Positions 9,768-18,191 of a DNA stretch of 64,000 nt are shown here, one piece after another. The position numbers and the translations under genes are program-made. The stretch lies in the IMG/VR virus record IMGVR_UViG_3300045988_131126; one strand, written 5' to 3'. Every line of letters begins with the position of its first letter. Positions within the stretch are counted from its first letter, which is position 1. Source of the stretch: a virus. Under the pieces are notes generated by a model, which was not told the DNA's origin, ran no database searches, and saw nothing but the letters and a program-made list of their open reading frames with translations.

Positions 9768-9776
9768 TTAAAATAT

Positions 9777-9805
9777 AGGACTAGTAGAATTATTCTACTA
9801 GTCCT
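9777..9805. terminator. Bidirectional hairpin between convergent genes
   Basis: aggactagtagaat-t-attctactagtcct. Confidence 0.6.
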
Positions 9806-11036
9806 CTTTTACTGGATCAACTTTGGTTAAATCAAAGCTCATCGCTGATATAAATATACCTTCTTGCTTTAATAATATTTCTTTCTTAGATACCAATAAG
9901 TATCTACCGTCGTATTTTCTATTTTCAGTTTTATTTTTTACTATATATTCTTTATTAGGTGTAAGCATACTACCATCTAACTCAGTTTTAACTATCTTCA
10001 TCATTACATTAGTTCTTTCTAATGTATTCTTTTGAGCAGATATACTTCTAGTATTTTCATTATTCACCCTTTGAATCTTTACTTTTTCTGTAGAATATTT
10101 GTTTTTCGGAATATTTATATCGTATTGAGATACTTTTCCGTCTGTTGTGACACCGACAATTTTGTTATAGCTTTTTTCTTTAGTAGTATTAGTATCTATA
10201 GTGACTCTACTAGAATCTATTGTTATAACGTAAGAATTGTCTTCTATATTAATTTGCGTAGAATTTATGTTTCCTTCTACATCTACATTATCTGCTATTT
10301 TAATAATAATAGTATTAATGGAATTAGTTCCATCACTAACAGGATTTCCATCACACGATAATAGATAAGTTTTATCAAAGTCTCTAAAATATCTATATCC
10401 AGAATTATATATAGCATAATTAAGATCTAGATATTCTAGAAATTTAGTTATACTATCCATAGGTGGTAAAACTAATTGACTTATATTTACATTATTTGAT
10501 ATAGGTTCTATAACCATATTCATATGCTTTGTATAAGTATATATAAGAGAAGATAAATTAATATTTCGTACTATACCATTAATTATTTGCTTCTTATTGT
10601 CATTTAGTGACTGTATCTTTATTAAAGCTATATATCCCTTTTTATAAGCTTGACCGGTAGAATCAGAACCTTTAAAAGTTTCATTTACCAAAGTAGTATT
10701 ATAAGAAGTATCTTTATTCATTTCATAAACAAAGTTATCTTCTATATAAGGTTTCTGTAATTGAGTAGTAGAGTTCTTATTGTATTTATATATAGATAAT
10801 TTAATAGTAGCATCATTTTTATTTTTTACTAATTTATTATATAACTTAGTATTTACTTTTATACCTATATAAATAGTAGGCATATGCTTAGTCCCATATT
10901 CAAAATTTAATAATACATCAGATATAGTTTCTGTTATAAGATCTTCTACATCATCATTTGTTATAAGAGAAGCTTTTACGGTATAATTATATGCTGCAAT
11001 GATAGCATCTTTATTATCTTTAGCAACACTAGTCAT
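9798..11036 (-). CDS. Hypothetical protein (412 aa)
   Basis: ORF track. GAGGAG SD lies inside the end of the upstream gene. Confidence 0.75.
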   Translation of the reverse strand: MTSVAKDNKDAIIAAYNYTVKASLITNDDVEDLITETISDVLLNFEYGTKHMPTIYIGIKVNTKLYNKLVKNKNDATIKLSIYKYNKNSTTQLQKPYIEDNFVYEMNKDTSYNTTLVNETFKGSDSTGQAYKKGYIALIKIQSLNDNKKQIINGIVRNINLSSLIYTYTKHMNMVIEPISNNVNISQLVLPPMDSITKFLEYLDLNYAIYNSGYRYFRDFDKTYLLSCDGNPVSDGTNSINTIIIKIADNVDVEGNINSTQINIEDNSYVITIDSSRVTIDTNTTKEKSYNKIVGVTTDGKVSQYDINIPKNKYSTEKVKIQRVNNENTRSISAQKNTLERTNVMMKIVKTELDGSMLTPNKEYIVKNKTENRKYDGRYLLVSKKEILLKQEGIFISAMSFDLTKVDPVKED

Positions 11037-11042
11037 TAGTTA

Positions 11043-11903
11043 TCACTCCTCTCTATCATCAGTTTTAAATTTATTCAATATACGATTTTCCATATCATCT
11101 ATAGACTTTATAGCGCCGTATATATTAGAATCTCTTATCAATCTTGTATAATGCTGCAATAGTCTAACCAGAGCTATTTTGGTTTCGCTATCATAATTAT
11201 TACAGTTTTTATTTATCATACTTTTCATTTTATTCACATCTACCATTATCTTATTCGTGACATTAGTAAAATATTCTATTGCCCATTCTTTTATATCAGA
11301 TATAAGTTTTAAATCTTTGCCTAATTGAGTGGAATATAAATCGCCATTAGAAGATCTCAATTCTGCTTTAATTTGGCTTGTTTTCAAAAAACGTGTGATA
11401 CTTCTATCACTCATGATATATGATAAGCATTTATTTAAATCCTCTTTATCTTTACATTCACGTTTGAACACTCTAGACAAATAATTGCTTATACCAAGCA
11501 AATAATTATTATTATCGGAATAAGTATCACAAGGATACTTACCGAATAATTCTATATACATTTCTTTGGTTTTCCCTTGATTAGCCATCATAATGGATTT
11601 CATTACAATACCATTATAAGATTCTGTGTATATAGAATTTAAATATAATTGTATAGATGGTTTATTCGGTATATAATAATCAAAGTCGGCCTTTATTTTT
11701 TCCAAATCTATCTTTTTCAATTTATTATTTAATCTTTTAAGGCTAGATTCTTTCCTAAATTCTCTAATCTGCAATCTGAGTTTTCGCAAAAGATTTATAA
11801 TTTTTTCTGCAAGTTTATCCACGATATTCCAGAATCCATCAATTATCTTGGATTCGTTTATATAATTAATATCAAAAGACATCATTAATTCATTATCTAT
11901 CAT
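11043..11903 (-). CDS. Hypothetical protein (286 aa)
   Basis: ORF track. AAGGAG SD. Confidence 0.75.
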   Translation of the reverse strand: MIDNELMMSFDINYINESKIIDGFWNIVDKLAEKIINLLRKLRLQIREFRKESSLKRLNNKLKKIDLEKIKADFDYYIPNKPSIQLYLNSIYTESYNGIVMKSIMMANQGKTKEMYIELFGKYPCDTYSDNNNYLLGISNYLSRVFKRECKDKEDLNKCLSYIMSDRSITRFLKTSQIKAELRSSNGDLYSTQLGKDLKLISDIKEWAIEYFTNVTNKIMVDVNKMKSMINKNCNNYDSETKIALVRLLQHYTRLIRDSNIYGAIKSIDDMENRILNKFKTDDREE

Positions 11904-11948
11904 AACTTATCTCCTTAATAAAAAATAAATGTCATATTAATAAAATGT

Positions 11949-11980
11949 AGGGAATATGGATTTTTATCTCCATATTCCCT
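11949..11980 (-). terminator. Hairpin downstream of 11993-13102
   Basis: agggaatatgga / tccatattccct. Confidence 0.5.
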
Positions 11981-11992
11981 TATAATTAAACT

Positions 11993-13102
11993 TTATAAAT
12001 TATTAAGATCTATCTCATGATTTACAAATACTTTACTTACTATCTCCTTAACGGCTGCTGGATTATATAGATTTATCATTCTACCATATTGATTAATATC
12101 CATTTGATCTCCAATTATATTATTAAAGAAAAACATAGATTGCATAGCTGCACTTAAACAATTAAATCTATCTACAATCTGTTTATTATTAATTGCTCTT
12201 TTTGGATACATAGATGATATCAGCATTATAACTCTATCAACACTGGTAGGATTTCCTGGTGAAATTAATCCATCAGAAAATAATTTGTTGATAGCCGATA
12301 CGGTCTGAGATATAGAATATATAGATTTAAACCCTCTATTTTTACATCCCGACATAGCACCCATTAATGGTATATAAAAATACGGATCAGATTCAAATAA
12401 AGCTGCACTTGATATTCTTTTCTTAGATATATAATAAGATACAGCATCTTTTTGACCTAATAACGCAGAATTATCTTCACTACCACTTTTAGATGGTATT
12501 AATACGCATACATCTTTAGGAGTAGTTGCACATAATTGAAGATTTATCATATCATCAGATATGATCATTGCTGGTATATCATCATTTTGCCTCATATTCA
12601 TTATATATAATGCTTTAGAATTGAAATCGTAATTGGTCCGTACTATTTCCATATTCGGCACATACAATATGACATCGTTAATTATATCCATATTATAATT
12701 AAATATAGTTGTCCAAGCTTCGCTAGCCATACCTCTGTCATATTCAACACAGTTTATTAGTCTTCTAAATTCACTCCCATTGTTTCCGATATCTCTACAA
12801 ATTAAGAATATTGTAGTTTCTACACTATATCTAGTTCTAAAGAACCGTCTATAGTGTGCACACATATTGAGTATCCATGCAGAAATAAATAGATTATCAC
12901 CAGTATTTATTTTATTCTGCATTTGATCAGCTTTCTTAATGAGCTGATCAATAAAACTAGATACGTCTATATATAATTCTATTTGATTAGAATCTGAATT
13001 TTTATAATAATCATTTATCAAATTAGATAAACGTTCATATTTAACCATAGACTTATAACACAAATATTTCTCAGGTTCTAGTATATAAGAATTATTATTC
13101 AT
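11993..13102 (-). CDS. T4 RNase H / FEN-like 5'-3' nuclease (tentative)
   Basis: By eye, LYIDVSS, TTIFLICRD and AMIISDDMINLQL line up with T4 Rnh CLIDFSQ, KIVLCID and LIISSDGDFTQL. The acidic cluster equivalent to YEADD is not obvious. The start overlaps the stop of the upstream gene (TAATG). Confidence 0.5.
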   Translation of the reverse strand: MNNNSYILEPEKYLCYKSMVKYERLSNLINDYYKNSDSNQIELYIDVSSFIDQLIKKADQMQNKINTGDNLFISAWILNMCAHYRRFFRTRYSVETTIFLICRDIGNNGSEFRRLINCVEYDRGMASEAWTTIFNYNMDIINDVILYVPNMEIVRTNYDFNSKALYIMNMRQNDDIPAMIISDDMINLQLCATTPKDVCVLIPSKSGSEDNSALLGQKDAVSYYISKKRISSAALFESDPYFYIPLMGAMSGCKNRGFKSIYSISQTVSAINKLFSDGLISPGNPTSVDRVIMLISSMYPKRAINNKQIVDRFNCLSAAMQSMFFFNNIIGDQMDINQYGRMINLYNPAAVKEIVSKVFVNHEIDLNNL

Positions 13103-13497
13103 TACTCAAACATCTCCTCTGGATTATATAACTTTTCATCTGTTTCATCTTCTAAATCGTCATCTGGAATTTCAATAGTTCCATCAGATAATTTCTTTGC
13201 TAATCTTTTAAGAATGTCTTCTCTTTTTTCTGATATCGCTGTAGCTAATTCTTCAGCGTCGCCATATCCATTTTCTATTAATACTTTAGCTAATTCTCCA
13301 GGTCCTTCTTCGGTAAGGAATGATACTCCTTTACCCATTTGCTCACCATTTTCTGTAGATATATATTTTCTTAAATCTAATCTATAATCTCCTTTATTAT
13401 TCCATTGAATCTTTCTTAAAGATATAAAAGAGTTACCTTTTTCATCTATAGGAAAATTAAAATCTGGATCTACATTATAGCTAAATTCTTTACTCAT
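13102..13497 (-). CDS. PC4 / YdbC-like ssDNA-binding protein
   Basis: FISLRKIQWNNKGDYRLDLRKY..GEQMGKGVSFLTEEGPGELAKVL fits the bacterial YdbC/PC4-like pattern as I remember it (isWn...ydLR.w....mgKGitl..eE...L). AAGGAG SD. Confidence 0.6.
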   Translation of the reverse strand: MSKEFSYNVDPDFNFPIDEKGNSFISLRKIQWNNKGDYRLDLRKYISTENGEQMGKGVSFLTEEGPGELAKVLIENGYGDAEELATAISEKREDILKRLAKKLSDGTIEIPDDDLEDETDEKLYNPEEMFE

Positions 13498-13510
13498 TTT
13501 ATTATCTCCT

Positions 13511-13557
13511 TTATATTAAAAAATAATTGGATAGGTGGAATTTCTCCACCTATCCAA
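13511..13557 (-). terminator. Intrinsic terminator after 13571-14356
   Basis: 13-bp stem ttggataggtgga / tccacctatccaa, followed on the minus strand by TTATTTTTT. Confidence 0.7.
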
Positions 13558-13570
13558 CTTGATAGTTTGT

Positions 13571-14356
13571 TTATACAGTGATGAATCTGTTACGAATTGT
13601 AGGATCTTGCACGCCAACACCGCATTCTCTTAATACGTTATTCATAGCCGTAAGATCATACTGTGTAATGGATAACAGATAGTTTGATCCTCCAAAGTTT
13701 CCGAATGATGGGATATAGTTTACAGGTTTAATTTCATAAACTACTTTATTACCTTTTTCATTCTTCTCTGGAAGAAGCGCTTTCATTAATACGTTGACAT
13801 CGATGCATCTTACATATTCGTGAATAACATTTACTACTCTACTAAATCCTCCAGCAGTAGGTGTAGCAACTACATCTTCTACGTAGATTCCTTTGGATTG
13901 GAAAGATCTTGGATCTGCTTTCATTCTAGATCTGATATCTGGAATGATTAAATCATATAACAGATCTGCAGCATCCTGTGTAATTACGAATGATTCTTTT
14001 GTGTCGATCATCTGGTTATGTGCTTTCATACTCTCGATGATAGGGCCAGCTCCCCTTTTACCATCTTCTTCTGTAATTTTTCTGAATGCTTCGAATTCAG
14101 CATCAGAATTATTAATACTTCCTGGGGTGAAATCCATTACTACAGAAATAGGCACTTCCTGCTGACTGATGTTTCCTACTTCGATATAGCATCCGTGATA
14201 ATCTTTAAAAAGATTTTTAAAGATCGAATTAATGGTTGATGCTAATGTGTTTGAGGATCTGTAATCAGTGTAAGTAGTACCGGTAAAATCCTCTTTCTGC
14301 TCGATGTTGAGAGTTAATTTTTCTCTCTCCTGTTTCTGGTTGTTCTGTTCGCTCAT
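13571..14356 (-). CDS. Hypothetical protein, probably abundant (261 aa)
   Basis: ORF track. AAGGAGG SD. Visibly GC-richer codon usage than its neighbours. Both an early-type and a late-type promoter word lie upstream, and a strong terminator lies downstream. Confidence 0.8.
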   Translation of the reverse strand: MSEQNNQKQEREKLTLNIEQKEDFTGTTYTDYRSSNTLASTINSIFKNLFKDYHGCYIEVGNISQQEVPISVVMDFTPGSINNSDAEFEAFRKITEEDGKRGAGPIIESMKAHNQMIDTKESFVITQDAADLLYDLIIPDIRSRMKADPRSFQSKGIYVEDVVATPTAGGFSRVVNVIHEYVRCIDVNVLMKALLPEKNEKGNKVVYEIKPVNYIPSFGNFGGSNYLLSITQYDLTAMNNVLRECGVGVQDPTIRNRFITV

Positions 14357-14399
14357 GGTATGAGTCCTCCTTTTTATTTTTATGATTAAACTCTAGTTC

Positions 14400-14411
14400 T
14401 ACCTAATTGTT
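14400..14411 (-). promoter_or_regulatory. Late-type promoter word (aacaattaggta on the minus strand)
   Basis: About 44 nt upstream of ATG 14356. Confidence 0.4.
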
Positions 14412-14428
14412 ATGAATCAGGTACAAGT

Positions 14429-14447
14429 TTATCTCTTATATAATATA
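14429..14447 (-). promoter_or_regulatory. Early-type promoter word (tatattatataagagataa on the minus strand)
   Basis: Member of the family of about 14 TATATTAT..TGA(A/T)AA words. Confidence 0.4.
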
Positions 14448-14466
14448 TATTTATTGATAAATTTAA

Positions 14467-15489
14467 TTAAATGTATTTTGACTTATTAAATACAATATGG
14501 TCATAAGCCTGTTTGATATTATTATCATGCTTGCCAGCTTTGGTCATAATATTATTCATCTTTATTACATTTTCTTCACCAAGACTTTCGATATTAACTA
14601 CATATGGTTTAGTTCTATCTTCAGTATACGCTATAGCATATAACTTAGCATTCTTGTCTGCTACTAATATGACACTATTTGATAAGTTTGTCAAATCTAT
14701 ATCGTATCCGTATTTTACTATAACCGATGAATTAATATTTTTACAAAGCAAAGCAGATACAACTTCAGCTTCTTCATTAGTTAGAGCTGTATTATCTCTA
14801 TCTGTAAAATCGAAGTCAAGATTATAGATATTAAAAGCTCTATAAAAGTCGTGCATGAAGTTATTAGTTTCTAATAATATTTTCAAAGACTTGCAATATC
14901 CATTATAGCAATCTTGATTGATAATATTATTATACATGAAATTACCAAATTTATCTGATTGATGTTTAGCATAATCCATCATTGTGGCATATAATGTATT
15001 ATCAAAATCTTTAGTTTTAATAAATGATAATATTTTATCTAAACTATAATCAAGATAAACTGCTATCATAGTTCCGCTATGGACTTTATCACAACTAAGC
15101 ATGTAACTAAAATCTACGTTAGCTGGACAAGTATCTTTGCTTACGCTTATACCAAGCATTTCAGATCTAGGATCAATCTGTTGATAGATAAAGTCTACTA
15201 TACATTGTCTACATATAGCATATGGAATAGCTGGAGTTTCTTCCAAATCTTCTGGTTTGAAAAGAGATACAATTACATCCTGTAGATTAGCTTTTAGATC
15301 TACTATATTAAATCCTATATATCCTACTGGATTCAATAAAGTATACTTCTCCACAATATCTTTTACAAGAAGTGTTTTCTTTTCTCCTGTTTCTAAGTTT
15401 CTTACATTCGCGTTTTCTCTGTTTTTGAATGACAATATCTCGTATGTGCTTTCTGAATCATATACGATATGTCCTGGAAATAAGTTCAT
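14467..15489 (-). CDS. Hypothetical protein (340 aa)
   Basis: ORF track. AAGGAGG SD. Early-type promoter word at 15510-15529. Confidence 0.75.
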   Translation of the reverse strand: MNLFPGHIVYDSESTYEILSFKNRENANVRNLETGEKKTLLVKDIVEKYTLLNPVGYIGFNIVDLKANLQDVIVSLFKPEDLEETPAIPYAICRQCIVDFIYQQIDPRSEMLGISVSKDTCPANVDFSYMLSCDKVHSGTMIAVYLDYSLDKILSFIKTKDFDNTLYATMMDYAKHQSDKFGNFMYNNIINQDCYNGYCKSLKILLETNNFMHDFYRAFNIYNLDFDFTDRDNTALTNEEAEVVSALLCKNINSSVIVKYGYDIDLTNLSNSVILVADKNAKLYAIAYTEDRTKPYVVNIESLGEENVIKMNNIMTKAGKHDNNIKQAYDHIVFNKSKYI

Positions 15490-15509
15490 TGCAAAATTCC
15501 TCCTTTTAT

Positions 15510-15529
15510 TTATTCGTATATATAATATA
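15510..15529 (-). promoter_or_regulatory. Early-type promoter word (tatattatatatacgaataa on the minus strand)
   Basis: About 20 nt upstream of ATG 15489. Confidence 0.45.
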
Positions 15530-15533
15530 TACT

Positions 15534-16100
15534 TTATATTATTTTTGACATTTTTAAAGCGGTCAAATGTTCAGGCTTTAGTATATGTAGAACGTCATCT
15601 AATACATAAAATTTACCTTGATGATGCATATTATAATCATATACAGTTTCGTTTACACGTCCTCTATATAGATGATCATATTCTGCTAAATATACTTCAT
15701 TATAAGTTCCATGCCATGACATTCTTTTGTTCGATGGTTTAGTGTATCTACTAAATATAGTTACATAACTAAGTCCAGTATAGTATATATTTTTCGATAT
15801 TATTTTAGCTTCTTCTTTAATTTCATTATACACTTGATCTGTATGAGATCTTCTTATATCAAAAGATCCACCCGGTATTCTATATCTTTGCTCATTGATA
15901 TCCATATATATCTTATTATCTTTAAATAGAAATACTTCTACTCTTCCACGAAATATTTTATCTGGATATCCTTCTACTGTTACAATACTATTCCAATTAT
16001 TATTTACGTCATAATATCCCCCGTATCGTATAAATTTTTCAATATTAACCTGTTTAGATCTAGGTATTCTTTTTTGATGCTCATATTCCGTATAGTCCAT
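15534..16100 (-). CDS. Nudix-like protein (degenerate Nudix box)
   Basis: GRVEVFLF...RIPGGSFDIRRSHTDQVYNEIKEEAKI resembles a Nudix beta-strand plus REUxEExGU box, with N replacing R and K replacing G. It is a paralog of the C-terminus of the 35407-37731 protein. I moved the start from 16115 to ATG 16100 (GGAGGA 8 nt upstream). Confidence 0.5.
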   Translation of the reverse strand: MDYTEYEHQKRIPRSKQVNIEKFIRYGGYYDVNNNWNSIVTVEGYPDKIFRGRVEVFLFKDNKIYMDINEQRYRIPGGSFDIRRSHTDQVYNEIKEEAKIISKNIYYTGLSYVTIFSRYTKPSNKRMSWHGTYNEVYLAEYDHLYRGRVNETVYDYNMHHQGKFYVLDDVLHILKPEHLTALKMSKII

Positions 16101-16122
16101 AATAGCATCCTCCATACATAAT

Positions 16123-16134
16123 TACGTGATTGTT
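16123..16134 (-). promoter_or_regulatory. Late-type promoter word (aacaatcacgta on the minus strand)
   Basis: 23 nt upstream of ATG 16100. Confidence 0.35.
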
Positions 16135-16164
16135 TCCGTATTTGTAAAATACGGAAATTTCAGT

Positions 16165-16184
16165 TATATAATATTATAGTGAAA
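16165..16184 (+). promoter_or_regulatory. Early-type promoter word (tatataatattatagtgaaa)
   Basis: In the intergenic region upstream of 16306. Confidence 0.45.
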
Positions 16185-16305
16185 TAGTAGCAAGAGTATA
16201 AAGAACAAGATCTATTATTGACAACTAAAGATGTACCTGGACACGCCAGGGTAAACAAATCTAAATTAAAAAGTCCCTGAAGAAGGGCAGAAAGAGGTAT
16301 TTAAT

Positions 16306-16716
16306 ATGTCAGCACAGAACACAAACGGAACAACAGAAAATGTAACAATGGAACAGATCTTAGCAGCAATTAACGGTGTTAATACAAAAATTGATACCAT
16401 GCAAAAAGATATTGACTCAATGAAAGAAGATATGATCAATCTCAAAAAGCGCCAGAACGACACTGACGAGAGGTTTGAGAAAATGGAATCTGTTATTAAT
16501 GAGGCTGTTGAAGAGGAGAAATCATCAGATCGGTCAGCTCCAGCAGCAAAAGAAACAATCAAAGATAAAATCAAGGGCAACCTTAAGTTTATCATTCCAG
16601 CAGGTGTCGTTCTTACAGCTGCTGGCGGGGCACTGGCGTACGCAATCTATAAAAATAAGAATGCGTCTGTTGATGTTATCGATGACGTCGATGGAGGCGA
16701 CGTTATCGACATGTAA
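16306..16716 (+). CDS. Hypothetical coiled-coil protein with a C-terminal TM anchor
   Basis: ORF track. AAAGAGG SD. TM segment FIIPAGVVLTAAGGALAYAIY. Noticeably GC-richer than its surroundings. Confidence 0.75.
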   Translation: MSAQNTNGTTENVTMEQILAAINGVNTKIDTMQKDIDSMKEDMINLKKRQNDTDERFEKMESVINEAVEEEKSSDRSAPAAKETIKDKIKGNLKFIIPAGVVLTAAGGALAYAIYKNKNASVDVIDDVDGGDVIDM

Positions 16717-16725
16717 TATAAAAAG

Positions 16726-16753
16726 AAGAGATACCCAGAAATGGGTATCTCTT
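16726..16753. terminator. Bidirectional hairpin
   Basis: aagagataccca-gaaa-tgggtatctctt, between convergent genes. Confidence 0.6.
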
Positions 16754-16764
16754 CAAATTCAATA

Positions 16765-16881
16765 TCATGAATATTTTTTTATAAATTCATCTATTTCTTT
16801 TTTGTATTCTGGATAAGCTTCTACTACTGTAGAATATTCCATTTTACCAGATACTATCTGTTTAGCAAAATACTCTGCCAT
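16765..16881 (-). CDS. Unannotated small ORF (38 aa): MAEYFAKQIVSGKMEYSTVVEAYPEYKKEIDEFIKKYS
   Basis: Hand translation. AAAGGAGG SD 8 nt upstream of ATG 16881. It sits 19 nt downstream of the 16900-17283 gene and is below the ORF-track size cut-off. Confidence 0.5.
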   Translation of the reverse strand: MAEYFAKQIVSGKMEYSTVVEAYPEYKKEIDEFIKKYS

Positions 16882-16899
16882 TTTGTATGATACCTCCTT

Positions 16900-17283
16900 T
16901 TAATCTATCAAAGAAGTCAATAATTCGTATACATCGCATAATGCAGTTTGAACTTCTGTAACCTGTTTATTAGTATCATCTTTATTTTTTTGATATTTTA
17001 ATAGAAATTCGTTTAAAGCATTCTCCATATATGATATCTTATCATCAGCAGAATCAGGAATTAATACATATTCATACGATACTTTCTTTGTATATATATC
17101 ATAATATGCAATAGCTCTCTTTCCTTCTACTAATTTAGGTTCTGGAAAATCTTCAATAAGGAATCCTTCTTTCAATAACTCAGCTCTTGATTTATTTAAA
17201 CCATTTACAGGATCGAATGGACAAGAATGAATGAAAGTAATCATTCCTTTATTAGCTCTATCTATTCTTATGAATGTCTCCAT
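16900..17283 (-). CDS. Hypothetical protein (127 aa)
   Basis: ORF track. AAGGAGG SD. Confidence 0.75.
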   Translation of the reverse strand: METFIRIDRANKGMITFIHSCPFDPVNGLNKSRAELLKEGFLIEDFPEPKLVEGKRAIAYYDIYTKKVSYEYVLIPDSADDKISYMENALNEFLLKYQKNKDDTNKQVTEVQTALCDVYELLTSLID

Positions 17284-17335
17284 AATACGAAACCTCCTTT
17301 AAATTACTTATTTGTTTCACTTATATTTATTTAGG

Positions 17336-17415
17336 TTCTGAATCCCTCAGAATGTAAAACTAAACACTCTGAATGATATATTATTACAATGAATAAGTTC
17401 AGAATGATTCTGAAC
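17336..17415. promoter_or_regulatory. Cluster of TCWGAAT half-sites, including the perfect palindrome GTTCAGAAT-G-ATTCTGAAC
   Basis: tctgaat at 17337-17343, tcagaat at 17347-17353, tctgaat at 17368-17374, palindrome at 17397-17415. Confidence 0.55.
17377..17396 (+). promoter_or_regulatory. Early-type promoter word (tatattattacaatgaataa)
   Basis: Upstream of 17484 and flanked by TCWGAAT sites. Confidence 0.55.
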
Positions 17416-17483
17416 TTATAAACTATTAAAATCTTATGTAAGAGCTATGGCGCCATCATTCCATAGCGAGAAAGGAGAACATT

Positions 17484-18188
17484 ATGGGAACAAAATTAGG
17501 ATTTGAAGATTCAATTAGAGGGCTGGACGAATCAAAAAGAAACGGATATGGCCCGATCGTAAACTCCATAAATAGAAATGGAGGTTTAAAAAGAGACCGA
17601 TATAATTTTGGTAAATATGGAGAGAAACCATATTTACCGGAACTTGAAAGAAGATCTAACCAAGAATTTATGCCAGAACCTTACGATCCAGATTACAAGC
17701 TTTTCATTAAAGCTATGATAGATGATATCATTGGTTTACACAAACCAGTATCTGGATACATTTTGAAATTGATTTTTGATGAATATCAGAGAGGTAAAAC
17801 CTCTACAGATATTTATACTAATTTCTATACCAATTACATTAGTGGGAAGAATGATTCCACTCACTGTAATATAGCAAATAATAATCTTTATTTACTTTTT
17901 ATAAATACTTGGAATGATATTATCCCAAGAAGAGTATTAAAAGAATCAGACATAGTACTGCCTATCTTGCAGAGTTTATCAGGAGAAACAAAATTACCTG
18001 AAAAAGAAATATTTGCGAGAGAAATTGCAATTAGGATACACAATAAAGTTCCTGGTGATGATTGGAGAGAAGAAATGGACGGTAATATCCATTTATGGGA
18101 TAAACCAATCCATATTAAATATCTTTTAATTGCAAAAGATATCATCTCTTGGAATATATTCAATAAAGCAGAAGATGAGGAGGAATAA
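17484..18188 (+). CDS. Hypothetical early protein (234 aa)
   Basis: ORF track. AAAGGAG SD. Early promoter word and TCWGAAT sites upstream. Confidence 0.75.
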   Translation: MGTKLGFEDSIRGLDESKRNGYGPIVNSINRNGGLKRDRYNFGKYGEKPYLPELERRSNQEFMPEPYDPDYKLFIKAMIDDIIGLHKPVSGYILKLIFDEYQRGKTSTDIYTNFYTNYISGKNDSTHCNIANNNLYLLFINTWNDIIPRRVLKESDIVLPILQSLSGETKLPEKEIFAREIAIRIHNKVPGDDWREEMDGNIHLWDKPIHIKYLLIAKDIISWNIFNKAEDEEE

Positions 18189-18191
18189 ACG

